A stretch of 64,000 bases of DNA, from the NCBI GenBank assembly GCA_030390025.1, contig CM059433.1, positions 8,186,001 to 8,250,000 of the forward strand. Direction: 5' to 3'. Below, piece after piece: positions 1 through 13,264 of the stretch (position 1 is the first letter of the stretch; each line of letters opens with the position of its first letter). The translations under genes and the position numbers were made by a program. The notes under the pieces were generated by a model. That model worked only from the letters and a program-made list of their open reading frames with translations, was not told the origin of the DNA and ran no database searches. Source of the DNA: Squalus acanthias (taxonomy: Eukaryota).

Positions 1-547
1 AAGAGTGTCTCCAAACCTAAAACACTACAAAATCCACACAGGCGGAGTTTCTGTTTGCCCTTGAGAGACTGCACACTCTCCCCCCATAGGAACGCATCCC
101 ACTTGCCTAATCCCGGAGAATTCAGGCACAGGTCACCAAGAGCTAAGCTTTCGGGAACCACCAAATTTGCACAGGGGGGGGGAAACTGATGGAGTTTAGT
201 CAACTAAAAAAAAACACACACACAGCTGACCAGCACAAAGAGCTTCCAGCTGCTTATTCACAACAGGGTCGCCCGGCCCGTTACAACATTGTCTGGCAAG
301 GTTACCTGGAATCGAATGGGGAGATTCCCCAGCTCCCTGATGATGGACGTTTACCTCCAGCTCACACCAGCCAGCTTAAGAAAGCGGCCCCCAGCATACA
401 GCGTGCCCGCCTGCTTCAGGGGTATCAGGGTTGCCGAATCTGCCCACAAAGGGGTTGTTTCGCTTCTTCTCTCCATTGCCGGCGGTGCCATTTTGGAGCT
501 TACTCAACTCCAAAGAGACTTTACTTACCCCCCCACCCACCCCCTTT

Positions 548-705
548 CATAGAAACATGGAAAAATAGGAGCAGGAGTCGGCCATTCGGCCCTTCGAGCC
601 TGCTCCGCCATTCAATGCGATCATGGCTGATCCTCTATCTCAATACCATATTCCCGCTCTCTCCCCCATACCCCTTGATGCCTTTTGTGTCTAGAAATCC
701 ATCTT
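548..705 (-). mobile_element. CR1 LINE 3' end fragment
   Basis: Reverse complement of the CR1 3' UTR hairpin (ggagcaggctcgaagggccgaatggccgactcctgctcc) and the tail ending tttctatg. Confidence 0.85.
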
Positions 706-1362
706 TCAAGGAGTATAGTCACTACTCAGTCATTAGGCGATTGACAAGCACCGTATGAAAACAGGTAAAAGTAATTGAATTGCACCAACTTGAGAAACTC
801 CGTGCTGAGGGTTGATTTTACCATCAGCGACCGTAAAAGGAGACATTTAAAATATAATTCCTCATTTTCCAAAACAGGAGCATTGGAGAGGTCATTCAGC
901 ATCTCAAAGAGAAAAACAGGGTTAATATTTCCGGTGGGCTCCTTGATTAGAACCAGCATGGTCAGGTTGGGAAGCAACAGCAAATCAAACTGGGGGTAGA
1001 ACAAACAGATGGAGGTCAAGAGTACAGATCCACTGACTATATTCAGAAAGAGGCAGCTAAAAGTTTAATAGCCTGTAATTAGAGCTAAAACACTGGAAAG
1101 AGGTGTAACGTGTTAGATGCTATATAAAAAAGTCTTCTCAGTTACTTCTCTTTATCTCTACTATATAATTTGATTTTATTCAATCGTAAATGTTGCATTT
1201 GCCCACACATCGCTGGTCATGCTGTGCCAGCCCCTAGCCCGTATTTTTAATAGCTCACTGCACTCTGGGATGGTTTCCGCAGACTGGAAGGAGGCTAATG
1301 TAGTCCCCATCTTTAACTAGACGGACCCGGGTAACTATAGGCCCATTAGTTTGACATCAGTA

Positions 1363-1606
1363 AGAAAGAAGAAAGAAAGACTTGCATTTATATAGCGCCT
1401 ATTCACGACCACCGGACATCTCAAAGCGCTTTACAGCCAATGAAGTACTTTTGGAGTGTAGTCACTGTTGGAATGTGGGAAACGCGGCAGCCAATTTGCG
1501 CACAGCAAGCTCCCACAAACAGCAATGTGATAATGACCAGATAATCTGTTTTTGTTATGTTGGTTGAGGGATATATATTGGCCAGGACACTGGGGATAAC
1601 TCCCCT
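1363..1606 (-). mobile_element. DeuSINE (SacSINE1-like), 3' portion
   Basis: Matches the 3' half of the full-length copy at 5782-6240; flanked by AGTA duplication (1359-1362 and 1607-1610). Confidence 0.85.
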
Positions 1607-1786
1607 AGTAATAGGAAAGATGCTTGAGGGAATCATTAGGGATGCAATATATGATTTCATGGATAGAGAGGGACATATTAGGGATACCCAACATGACTTC
1701 ACAAAAAGGAGGTCATGCCTTACAAAGCTAAATGTATTTTTTGAAGAAGTTACGAAGTTGGTGGATGAGGGAAGCCCAGTAGACAT

Positions 1787-2069
1787 GGCAACACGGTGGC
1801 ATAGTGGTTAGCACTGTTGCCTCACAGCGCCAGGGACCTGGGTTCGAATCTGGCCTCGGGTGACTGTCTGTGTGGAGTTTGCACATTGTCTGCGTGGGTT
1901 TGCTCCGGTTTCCTCCCACAGTCCAAAGATGTGCGGGTTAGGTTGATTTGGCTATGATAAATTGACCCTTTGTGTTAGGGGGATTAAATACACAGGGATA
2001 GGGTGGGATATGTGTCGGTGCAGGCTCGATGGGCTGAAATGGCCTCTATCTGCACTGTGGGGATTCTGT
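1787..2069 (+). mobile_element. HE1-type tRNA-derived V-SINE
   Basis: A box (tggcatagtgg), B box (ggttcgaatc), V-domain (tgtgtggagtttgcac...ctccggtttcctcccacagtccaaaga) and a CR1-like 3' tail (gatgggctgaaatggcct); GACAT duplication at 1782-1786 and 2070-2074. Confidence 0.88.
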
Positions 2070-4111
2070 GACATTGTCTACTTTGATTTCCAAAAAGCTT
2101 TTGATAAGGTAGCGCACAAGTGGCTTCTCTATAAGATCGAAGCCTCTGGTATTAGTGGTAATATATTGAGCTGGATTGAGATCTGGCTGGCAAAAAGTAG
2201 TTATAGATGGATTTGGATCTGTTTGGAGACCGGTCACCAGTGGTGTCCCGCAGGGATCAGTGTTGGGGCCGTTGCTCTTTACTATTTTTATTGATGATCT
2301 GGATGTAGGTGTTGGGGACATGATCTGCAAATTTGCCGATGATACTAAGATCTGTGTGAGTGTTAGAACTGTAGACGATGCTCGTCTGCTTCAGGCAGAT
2401 CTTAGTGTGTTGGGAGATTGGGCTCATGACTGGAAAATGATGTTTAACTTAGATGAGTGCAGTATTATGCATGTGGGCAGGGCGAATGCTCAACATTCAT
2501 ACACCCTACAGGGAAAAGCATTAAAGATGGTGGAGATAGAAAGAGATTTGGGCATTCTAGTGCATACATCCTTAAAGGTACATGAGCAATGCCGTGAAGC
2601 AATAGCTAGAGCAAATAGGGTGTTGGGTTGCATTCATAGGACAATTGAGTACAAGACGAGGCCTACTATTTTGTTGTTGTACAAGACCTTGGTCAGGCCT
2701 CACTTGGAATACTGTGTCCAGTTTTGGTCTCACATGGTGGGAGATATTGAGGCTCTGGAGAGGGTGCAGGGGAGGGTCACAAGACTAATTCCCAGTCTAA
2801 AGCATCCTAGTTATCAAGATAGGCTAAAAGAGTTGAGGCTCTACACTTTAGAGAAGCGTAGACTTAGGAGGGATCTGATTGAGGTTTATAAGATGATGAA
2901 GGGAATAGATTGTGTTGCAGCTGACAGTTTGTTTCAATTAAATAGGTTATGGAGGACCAGGGGTCACAAATTTAAGTTGTATAAGGCTAGATTTCGGTTA
3001 AATGTCAGAAGGTGCTTCTTTTCCCAGAGAATAATGGACCTCTGGAACAGGCTGACGTTTCGTGTGGTGGACGCGGACTCGAGGAATTGCTTCAAGCTAG
3101 AGCTGGACCGGTTTCTGGCTGGGGCGGAGATCACCTCTTACAGAATGTAGGTACTGCAGGGAATTCAGTGCCAGAGTGATCTCCTGAACTAGTTTCGACC
3201 GCCTAGATGGGATGGAGAGGAATTTGCCCGTTTCCCCCCCCCCCGCAAATTGGCCTGGGTTTTTATCTGTTTTGTTGCCTCTCCCAGGAGATCACACTGT
3301 GTCTGGTGGGCTGGGAGAGTGTATATTGTGATACACAAGTGTGGGACAGGTTGGATGGACAAGAGCATGTTTACCTGTCCATCATTGTTCATATGTTCGT
3401 ATCAGCCACCAAAACCAATCTGTTGATACCACTAAATATTAGCCTACTTTTGTTTTGAGACCCTCAGTGTTATGTTTTGATGCTTTTCCAACCAATTCTA
3501 AGCCAGATTTGGCAATGGCTAGCATTGAACGCCAGGCTTTCTGACACTATCTCAACAGTGCAACTCTCTATCTTTTCAACTAAGTCCCCTTAAGTGGCAA
3601 GAAGTGCTGAAGCATCCGCAGCAGCGGTGGTAAGAGCTTCAGCCTGGATGATGGGAGTAATGCAGGGAGAAGAGGCCCGAAGGCAAAATGGTGCAGCAGG
3701 ACTCGGAACTGTACACCCAGAGCAAAGACTGGCTGAGAGAGGACAACAATCAACTAATAACAGATCAGAGCCTCTGTGGTTTGAATGAACTGCTGATTCT
3801 TATTATCAATAGCAAAGCTTGAGTTACTTTAGTTATCTGTGTAGAAATTGCAGTGTTAAATGAGAGCAGAAAGTTGACGGTATTAAGTTCATGAAAACTC
3901 GGGAAGGATAATACTGTTATACTTCTGTCTTAACTTCTCTTCATGAAATAAATATCTTTGTTCCTCCTGATGTGTTCTTTCATCATTTAGTTTAATTTTT
4001 CCTTAATTAATTTTCCCGCCTTGCTTAGCTGGGTTGACACACATCATGTGCAGACTAGTAGCTCTGAAACAATACAAACACTCATAAGCATAGGGTAGTG
4101 TGATGTAAAAT

Positions 4112-4248
4112 ATATACTTGAAAAGGAAAACTTTGCAGGGCGATGGGGGCAAGCATGGGGGTGTAGGGCTAATTGGAGCGCTCTTTCACAGAGCACAGCA
4201 CAGGCACGATGGGCCGAATGGCCCCTTCTGTGCAGTATGATCCTGTGA
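4112..4248 (+). mobile_element. Degenerate CR1 3' end
   Basis: acttgaaaaggaaaactttgcaggg...gatgggccgaatggcc..ttctgtgc; same subfamily as 26651-27140. Confidence 0.7.
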
Positions 4249-4960
4249 AGCAGGATAAACAGAATGTGAGAATGCACACAAATGCTTATCGAAGTAAGTA
4301 TAGGGATATTATTAACTGCACTAACGAATGACAACCGTGAATGGTTAACTAATAATAATAAAAACACGGTACTGACTGTTGCATCTCAGCTGCCTTTTAG
4401 TTGCTTATACTCAGTGGGTGTTGCGTTAAGACATGACAGGAGGCATGCTTGTAGAAATCAGAATGGGTCTGATCTGTGTAGCTCTCACATCACAAATACC
4501 AGAAGGCTAGCTAAGCTGCATGTCTCGTATCAGTTGTACTGAGACATACAGTAAATGTCATTGTGTACCCTGCATATTACCAAATTAGTCATACCATCTG
4601 GTGCTGGTCAGCCGTGGGCCAAGTCAGTTCTCTTATCTATGGTTTAGTGCTGTGAAAGAAAGCATGAGTTTAGAACAGAAAATCCTTCAGAAAAATAATC
4701 TGAGATATCGTGAGACGATACATATGACTGCAGATTCCAATGCCTTGCTTTTTCATTAAAGAGAGAAAGAAAGAAGAGCTAATATGATCGAAATCACGAG
4801 TGAGAAATCCACATTGTGAATCACTTTTTTTTCTCACGTTGCAATACATATTCCAGTAAAGACCTCTTGTGAAAGGCAACCTATAAAGTTATTTGTCTAG
4901 TCAATGAGACACTACAAGGGTGGACCTGCTAACTTTGACATTAGTTTTAGACTCCAGGTT

Positions 4961-5420
4961 ATAAGAACATAAGAAATAGGAGCAGGAATAGGCCACTTGG
5001 CCCCTCGAGCCTGCTTCGTCATTCAATAAGATCATGGCTGATCTTGGGCTCAAAGCCACTTCCCTGCCCGCTCCCCATAACCCATCACTCCCTTATCTTG
5101 CAACAATCTGTCTATCTCCACCTTCAATGTATTTAATGACCCAGCCGCCACGACTCTCTGGGGCAGAGAATTCCACAGATTTACGACCCTCTGAGAGAAG
5201 AAATTCCTCCTCATCTCAGTTCTAAAAGGACGACCCTTTATTCTGAAACTATGCCCCCGAGTTCTAGATTTCCCCACGAGGGGAAACATCCTCTCTGCAT
5301 CTACCTTGTCGAGCCCCCTCAGTATCTTATATGTTTCAATAAGATCACCTCTCATTCTTCTAAATTCCAATGAGTATAGGCCCAACCTGCTCAACCTTTC
5401 ATCATAAGTCAACCCCCTCA
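4961..5420 (-). mobile_element. CR1 LINE 3' fragment
   Basis: ORF 5050-5448: YDERLSRLGLYSLEFRRMRGDLIETYK...FFSQRVVNLWNSLP, plus the 3' hairpin and tail. Confidence 0.92.
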
Positions 5421-5781
5421 TATTACCGTTTATTGCCAAAATAATCAATCCTCGATGGCCACTTTAAACAACCTGAACTGGCAATTTCACAACTGCCCAA
5501 TGAAGTCCAGGCTGCCTCAGACCTGGGGCAATTCAGAGGTACGTGGAATCCAGCCAGTATAAACAGGCAGACTCCAGTGCTGAATTCAACACATCTGAAA
5601 AGATTGTCCACTAGTATCCTGGCTACTGCCTGGCTAATAGGTGAGAGGCAGCAGTGCACACGGCAGGTAGGGTGAAAGTGGCGACAGGACCGTGAGCTGA
5701 CAATGGAAAGGCAGGAAAAATCAAACTATGGCAACCATGGCTTCCACGGGAGTTGTTTAGCTCACGAACCAACCCCACTCC

Positions 5782-6240
5782 TGTCAGCTGTGGCTCAGTG
5801 GGTAGCACACTCAGCCTCTGAGTCAGAAGGTTGTGGGTTCAAGTCCCACTCCAGCGACTTGAGCACATAAAGCTAGGCTGACACTCTCCCAGTGCAGTGC
5901 TGAGGGAGTGCCGCACTGTCGGAGGTGCCGTCTTTCTGATGAGACGTTAAACCGAGGCCCCGTCTGCTCTCTCAGGTGGACGTAAAAGATCCCATGGCGC
6001 TATTTTGAACAAGAGCAGGGGAGTTCTCCCCGGTGTCCTGGGCCAATATTTATCCCTCAACCAGCATAACAAAACCAGATTATCTGGTCATGATCACATT
6101 GCTGTTTGTGGGACCTCGCTGTGTGCAAATTGGCTGCCACGTTTCCTACATTACAACAGTGACTCCACTTCATTGGCTGTAAAGCGCTTTGAGACGTCCG
6201 GTGGACGTGAACAGGCGCTATATAAACGCAAGTCTTTCTC
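5782..6240 (+). mobile_element. Full-length DeuSINE (SacSINE1-like; tRNA head, Deu domain, L2-like tail)
   Basis: A box tggctcagtgg, B box ggttcaagtcc, Deu domain (gcactgtcggaggtgccgtcttt..gatgagacgttaaaccgagg...aaagatcccatggc) and tail ggcgctatataaa.gcaagtctttct. Confidence 0.88.
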
Positions 6241-6915
6241 CAATCCTGAGAGCGTGAAAGTGAGAATTGTGAAACAATTGCTTGTAAGGGAGGGGGAGGG
6301 GGGCCGGCACACCACTTTGAGTTCGCACTGTGCTTGGACCTCCTGGGAACTCTCTAAACTTACTGTTCAACGTTTTACTGTCAGTTTTAATGCGTCCTTC
6401 CCGTCTGCGCTTCTCTGAGGTTCAGAGTGAGTCGTCCAGGGAGCCAAACCTGCACTGCGCCCAAGCACGCGGAGCTCACAGCACACCGTTGCTAAGTTTC
6501 AAGCCAGGTGCTGCTGATGATGCAAATCAGTCCTGCGGGTCTGAGGCTGGTATCCGCAGCGTAAGCTACAGCATTATTTCCAGAAGCGCTCCTCCTGCCA
6601 TTGACAGCCTTTTGTAGGCTTGACTATAACACCCTTTAAATGAGCAAACTGGCAGGAATGGGAGGGGCAGAAATATATATTTTCAGCACAAATAACATAC
6701 GCAGACTAGATTTAAATGATTAACACAGAGGTCTAAAGGTTCTTTTCTACTCCCAAAGCACACACAGAGATGGATTCTATTATGTAACATTTGTTAGAAT
6801 GCCTTCCTGTGCATTTATATGTGGAATATTGTCCATAAAAATTTGACAAATATATTAATCCAGAGAACAGACCCTAAAGCAAGATAACCTTTCCAATAAA
6901 CGAGAGATGTTATAT

Positions 6916-8872
6916 AAAATTAAAAACAGAAAATGCTGGAAACACTCAGCAGGTCAGGCAGCATCTGTAGAGAGAGAAACAGAGTTAACGGGCTCGATTT
7001 TAACAGTCCCGAGGAGGCGGGTTTGGAGGCGGGTCAGCTGCGAAAATCGGAAAAAATGCCTTCAGACACCCAACCCGCCTCCATCCCGTCCCCACCCGAT
7101 TTTCGTGAGTGTCTGTTCAGCTGCTCCCAAACTGACCCGACTCCAGCCGGTGGGACAGGTAGTTAGGGCAGTTAAGAGCCTGTTAACTGCCTTGATAATC
7201 CTACCTACTTTGATAGAGGTTTCTCATTGTCGTGCCTCTGGCTCCTGTTTCCCGTCTTGTCAGAAACAGTTCTGCTGCAAGGAGACGAGTTGGTGGAGGA
7301 CATGATCTGTAGTCATTATTGGTGCAGAACTTTAAAAGTGCTCCTGTAACATGGCTGGCATTCAAATGCAACAACTTTGTTGTTGGAGGTTTGGGATAAG
7401 ATTTTGCAAATCTACAGTCCTTGTGACTGGTCAAGCTGACACACATCTGCTGTTTGAACTGATTGAAATAATTTCAGGCCACTTTGAGTGTGCGCTTGCA
7501 AGCTTCTTGCCTCAACTGAAATCTATAATAATGGGATGGGAACCATTTACATCCTCTCATCCTGGTCGCCAGATTCAGAGGAAGAGCAGTGCAGCTTAGT
7601 GTTGCCGGATGAACAAGTGGCTCAGCACACAGCCTCCTTGGAGGAAGATGAAGAGGACGAAGATGATGACGAGGAGGAGGATGAGTAGGAGGACGGGGAG
7701 TGACGCCTTGCGGGGCCAGATGTGGCCAATCTAGCAGCAGGCGACCACATTGATGGCCGTCAGGCAAGGGATGCACTCAGCCATGCCAGATTCGCGTAAG
7801 CTAACACTTCAACCACAGGTGGCTGGCACATGGAGATGAATATAAGTCCGACAGTCTCGAACCCCAGGCATCATCTGTCCAATAAACGGCGGTTTGCGCT
7901 CAGTGTCACCGCCATCATTCTACATGGAATTCACCCTGTGCCCTCACTCTTGAACTTCCATGTCCCAGAACACAGAAGCCACACTTTAGGTGATCTCAGC
8001 AGATCATTAAACCTTTTTCGACACTAAACCCATGTGCGTCTGCACACAGACCTCGAGCTCACCTCCTCAGCAATTTGCAGCCAAGCTGCCTTGGTTTGCT
8101 GAGGAGGCCTCCTCCTTCCGTTTCCAGGGAAGAAGAGCTCCTGACGTCCTCTAACTCCCTCAACAAGAGCATGGAGAGAGCCCTCATTGAACCTGGGTGC
8201 AGCCTTAGTTTTTGGGGCTGCCGTTCCTGCAGCTCCCAGAACCTTTAAGAGAAAAAAGCATTAATATTACTAAGCCAATGACTGGAACACATCTGGCATC
8301 TTTTTCATTTCAGTCAGATAATAAAGTCATATATCAAAAAATCATGAATCACTTTCTGGAATAATATGACCAGCAATATCATTCATTAAATTTTGCTCAG
8401 AACAGACGGTCAACTCCCCTTTCAAGATAATAAAGCACCAAGCCATCCCAATGATATTTATATGCAATGGGGACATGGCCCCTTTAAATTTTCAAACAAC
8501 AAAGCCTCATCAGACGCGAGAAACTGGCACCCTGCAAGCAATTGCCTGGCGGGACCCGACCCGCTCGTCGGCCGTAACGACACCAACGAAGCCAAAATCA
8601 GAAGTGCTGGGAGGCGGCAGCCGGTGCGGGTCCGAAAACTGCCGAGCAGCGGGCCCGCCCTCAACCCACATCCGTTATTAAAATCAAGCCCAACGTTTCA
8701 GGTCGATGACCCTTCGTCAGAAGGCATTCTATCAAATGTTCTGACCAAGGGTCGTCGACCTGAAACGTTGACTCTGTTTCTCTCTCTCCACAGATGTTGC
8801 CTGACCTGCCGAGTGTTTCCAGCATTTTCTGTTTTTATCTCAGATTTCCAGCATCCGCAGTATTTTGCTTTT
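6916..8872. mobile_element. Fold-back (inverted) Penelope-like terminal-repeat insertion, split by a Harbinger element
   Basis: Left arm 6916-6989 plus 8692-8722 is the reverse complement of right arm 8738-8872; flanked by gagagatgtta(t/c)at at 6902-6915 and 8873-8886. Confidence 0.75.
6990..8691. mobile_element. Non-autonomous PIF/Harbinger DNA transposon
   Basis: TIRs gggctcgattttaa / ttaaaatcaagccc and 3-bp duplication AAC. The + strand has an acidic tract and RQARDALSHARFA* (transposase-like C-terminus, ~7640-7800). The - strand has a Myb/SANT-like remnant AAPRFNEGSLHALVEGV..LFFP..KAAWLQIAEEV..RRTWV*CRKRFNDL (~7985-8205). Confidence 0.85.
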
Positions 8873-9319
8873 GAGAGATGTTACATTCCTGTTAAGTTTT
8901 GTCTTCTTGCTGTAGAAACGCTCTGCAGCTCTCAAGTTAATTAAAAAAATTGTCAAATAACAACAATACTCCCTGATTTCTGTATTTAGCGATTTCGCAC
9001 ATAGTCCTTTGTGATCACCATGTGGAAATTAGCTGACTACTTTCAAACGATCTCTGAGTTCAGTTATCTTGAAAATTGTGATTTGTTTTTCGTGGTGGTG
9101 TATCCAGCAGGTTCCACTAGTTCAGGAGTATCTGAGATCCAGCCTTTCTATATCAGCGAGAGCATGGGATGCAGAGTGAAGTTGCCTTTACTCCGTTCTG
9201 CAAGCACAATTTAACACTAATCTTAGCACAGCATCCTGAGTGCGTCAGTATGACACATTTATTTTTCATGCCAGCCACTCCTCTGACCTCGTTGATGCTC
9301 TTGTTTTACTTCTGGATGC

Positions 9320-10236
9320 GTCAGACCACATCTGGAGTATCGCGTGCAGTTTTGGTCTCCTTATTTAAGGAGGGATATACTTGCATTGGAGGCAGTTCAG
9401 AGAAGGTTCACGAAGTTGATTCCGGAGATGAAGGGGTTGTCTTATGAAGAAAGGTTGAGCAGGTTGGGCCTATACTCATTGGAGTTTAGAAGAATGAGAG
9501 GTGATCTTATTGAAACATATAAGATTCTGAGGGGGCTTGACAGGGTAGATGCAGAGAGGATGTTTCCCCTCGTGAGGGAATCTAGAACTCGGGGGCATAG
9601 TTTCAGAATAAGGGATCGCCCATTTAAAACGGAGATGAGGAGGAATTTCTTCTCTCAGAGGGTCGTGAATCTCACCTGATAGATCCAATACGCACCCTAC
9701 CGCATCAGCGGACTCGTGAAGACTGACCAGATACGCAGTTGAAGTCCTCTACCGCGTATGGGGTACGGCAGACACCAACCGACATATAGAGCGAACCCCA
9801 AAACCGCGAACTAGCCCAACTGTCAAGGATTCTGGTGAGTATCATCACTGGTCCTCTGCAGTTCAACCTAGTTAGTGAAGTGGGATTGGGAGGGGTGAAG
9901 TATTCTTCTAATGTTATTTCCCTCACTTGTACTGAAGTGTTCCCCACCTTTAGAGTGTTAAGAGTGTTTGTGTTGTGTTTTACTTTCTTGAATAAAGATC
10001 AAAGTTCTTGCATCAAAACCAGTTGTCTGCTGCACTTTTTGTCACGACCCCCAAATAAGTCCAAGGTCTAGAACCAAGGGAGTGGGAGCGATTCGAACTG
10101 CTCAGAAGTCAGAGGTGAAGCTGACACAAACCACCACCCCCTACAAAGATCAGATCAGCCATGATCTTATTGAATGGCGGAGCAGGCTTGAGGGGCCGAT
10201 TGGCCGACTCCTGCTCCTATTTCTTATGTTCTTATG
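9320..10236 (+). mobile_element. CR1 3' fragment (9320-9672 and 10146-10236) interrupted by a partial LTR
   Basis: ORF 9344-9679 is the CR1 ORF2 C-terminus; the 3' UTR hairpin and tail resume at 10146. Confidence 0.88.
9673..10145 (+). mobile_element. Partial (3' part) LTR related to the solo LTR at 33894-35616
   Basis: AATAAA at ~9991, ends ...cccctaca; shares agtcca..gtctagaacc..aagggag..gattcgaac..ctca with the reverse complement of ~34030-34077. Confidence 0.6.
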
Positions 10237-11992
10237 TAGAACGCTGGCACGAGCCAGGTGCATTAAACAATACGGTTTCACTAGCGAGGAGCAAAACTTG
10301 CCCCTTGTTGTACCCGCCTTGTAGAAGTTTGACTCCAGTTTCCCCAGAAGCTCGTAAAGGCACGGCGTTTGGAGAATGGCACTCCGAGAGGCACGCATGC
10401 CCACGGTGCCCTTCTCTCAGTGAGATGCAAAAGGCTCAAGGCTCAAACCGTAGACATTGCAGCTTGGGCCGTTTTCAGTGTTGAGGGCCAGGTTTCTGGA
10501 ACTCCTCATTAAAAAAAAAAATGTTTTTTATTGAGTCTATTTCCTGCCAGCAGTAAAAGCCCCTGCAACACAGCTCCACTCAAATCTAGTCCTCAATGTA
10601 AAATCACAGCAGAGTTTGCACTGTTCACTTATTACCGCAGCTGCCGGTTCATCAGCTCGGACCTCACACTGTGAAGAATCTTATTTTTGTCGGCAAAACA
10701 TTTCTGTTCCAGCTGGGGCATTATGAAAATGTGGCCAGAAATTGTATAATGTCTGCGTTATATCCAAGCAAGGCCTGCGGAGTCAAAGGTTATGCAGAAA
10801 GGCATTGTTTATGGATCATATTGTACTGTAGTTTGAAATGATATTTGGTTAACTAATTTAAAGCAACTCATGAGTCTCTCGTAGCAACCTATGAAAGCTA
10901 TTTCCTATATATATATATAAAATTTAAAGGCACTGGCGACTGAAGTGACACTGCACAGTTGTGCCAACTTGCTCTAGGTGGAATGTATTTGTCATTTTCT
11001 CTTCGATACTGTACTGCAATCACACAGCGCTCGCTCTGAGAAGAGCCAGATCTGGAGGAGAACCTGTCAAGAAGATAGGAGGCACTCGCCCAACCAGAGG
11101 AGCTGTCTGCTTTTACTAGTGGCAGCCAGAATTAGCCAGAAGTGAGAATATTAGGCCTTGAGCTTCAGTGAACAGAAACATCCTGTGTAATGATTTAACA
11201 CAGAAAGAGAGATGCAATCCTCCGAGTGAGTCAGCAGCTCAGCACTGGCAAGGATTGTTAAACAGGCAGCCTGCACTTGACAGGACTTTGAACCGCTCAG
11301 CTCTGCTGTCGTGGGGGGTGGGGGGCGGGGGGGGGGGGGGGCGCGGGGTGCGGGAGTCACCACGCATTGCAACCAAATTGTTGTTTTAAAATACAGAGTT
11401 AGCTCCTATAAGAAAACAATATAAATAGAGACCTTAGAAAGGTGGTGGGGGGCTAAAGAGTTACACCGCACACGTGCTCTGCGTAGCTACGCCAAACAGA
11501 CCCTATTTGATTTATACCATGCAAATGTTCTGTGAAGCTATGGTATAAGGAGCACATATTGCAGCCAGCATTCATGTCCTCATGTTGTACCACACATGGA
11601 GCCCCGAGGCCTCAGGGTTGTTTACAGTGCTGGATTTTTTTTTCACCAGGAAAAGGTTTCTTTGATGCCGCGTGACTTTGAATCACTTTGAATCGGCACC
11701 ATCACCACAGCCATAAATTTACCAGGCTTTAATAGTATTGTTCCCAAACCACTAACGAGTGGTTGGAACCAGATAAACGACGTGTGGTTTACTGAAGTGT
11801 AAGGCAGGTTGTGAAAATGGGCTAAGGGCTGGCCATTTGGATTGATGGGTTATGTCCTCTTCATTGCCACTTAGTGTTTAATTTTTGCAAACAGACTCCC
11901 AGCAATTTATCCTTTATCCATCTTGCCTGGTGAGTGGTATGATTTCTACTTTATATATTTCAAATCCAGTTTTTCCCCCCTCCTATCCTGAA

Positions 11993-12478
11993 AGTGCACC
12001 AAGTCCCGTTCGCCCATCTCCCCTGTGCTCGCTCACTTACATTGGCTCCCGGTTAAGCAGCGCCTCGATGTCAAAATTCTCATCCTTGTTTTCAAATCCC
12101 TCCATGGCCTCGCCCCTCCCTATCTCTGTAATCTCCTCCAGTCCCACAACCCACCTGAGATATCTGCGCTCCTCCAATTCTGCCCTCTTGAGCATCCCTG
12201 ATTATAATCACTCAACCTTTGGTGGCCGTGCCTTCTGTTGCCTGGGCCCTAAGCGCTGGAATTCCCGGCCTAAACCTCTCCGCCTCGCTACCTCTCTCTC
12301 CTCCTTTAAGACGCTCCTTAAAACCTACCTCTTTTGACCAAGCTTTTGGTCACCTGCCCTAATTTCTCCTTGTGTGGCTCGGTGTCAAATTTTTTTGTCT
12401 TTTGTAATACTCCTGTGCAGCGCCTTGGGACGTTTTACTACATTAAAGGCGCTATATAAATACAGGTTGTGGTTGTTG
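11993..12478 (+). mobile_element. L2-type LINE 3' end
   Basis: Translates to LRSSNSALL..GGRAF..LGPKRWN..SFKTLLKTYLF; tail gcgccttgggacgttttactacattaaaggcgctatataaat..gttgttg. Confidence 0.82.
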
Positions 12479-13264
12479 CAATGTTTGAACCATGGATACC
12501 ACACTCTCGTACCTTGTCCAAGTGGCAACTCTTTATGTGCAAACCTAGACAGTGAGTGTTGGCGGGCTGGCATTACAGCTCTGGGGAGGAGAGGGGTGTG
12601 GGGGGGGGGGGTGGGTGGGGTATTGGGGGTGTGGGGGGGTGTTAGTCATTGTGGCCACACCTGATCACGACCTCGCTCAGCACTTGCCCATATTGCCAAC
12701 CTTCAAAACTCTCAAATAGCTGAAAGAAGCTTAAACCCCCCACCCCACCCCCCGCCCCACCCCCCCCCCACCCCCCGCCCCACCCCCCACCCCACCCCAC
12801 AAATCTTAAGGAATAACGTACAACTGAAAACACAGCCCTGAGTAAAGACCGAAGTCAGGATCATTAACTAAAGGCAACTGATTAAGTTATGTTTCTTTTT
12901 TTTTAATCAGGTTGGATTTCAGGGTTTTTTATGGGGCGTGGCGTTACTTTCAGCATGCAGTTGTTGTTCTGCAGAAACTGAAACCCAATGGCCTCAGCTG
13001 TGACAAATGAAAGGAAATAGTTACAACGGGAGTGCAGTGGGACATCAGCTTGTCACAACTGTAGCTGCAGCTGGTTCACAATATCTCATCAGTTGTATGG
13101 GGGGTGGGGGGGGAAAAAAACACTGAAGTATATAAAAGTGCAATTTTTGCACTGGTGGATTTAAATAAAAACAAAATGGAAGAGGCAAATGAGCAGTATT
13201 TATACAAAAATTATTTTCCGTGGAGTGTCCAGGGATATGTTCCTCCCCCCCCCACCCCCCCACC

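Larger units (their letters stand above)
1221..3401 (+). mobile_element. 5'-truncated CR1 LINE (RT and C-terminus), interrupted by two SINEs
   Basis: Translates to DWKEANVVPIF, NYRPISLTS, YFDFQKAFDKV, GVPQGSVLGP and KFADD (ORF 2176-3150). The reading continues across SINE insertions at 1363-1606 and 1787-2069. Confidence 0.92.

Noticed and set aside
189..758. 189-aa ORF
   Set aside because: No recognisable domain; the C-terminal third is antisense CR1 3' UTR.
3594..3821. Possible short exon or ORF in unique sequence
   Set aside because: No convincing splice-site pair and no recognisable peptide in the frames read.
5782..5855. tRNA gene (A and B boxes), likewise 1787-1860 and other SINE heads
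   Set aside because: These are tRNA-derived SINE heads that continue into SINE body sequence; no complete cloverleaf or oligo-T terminator.
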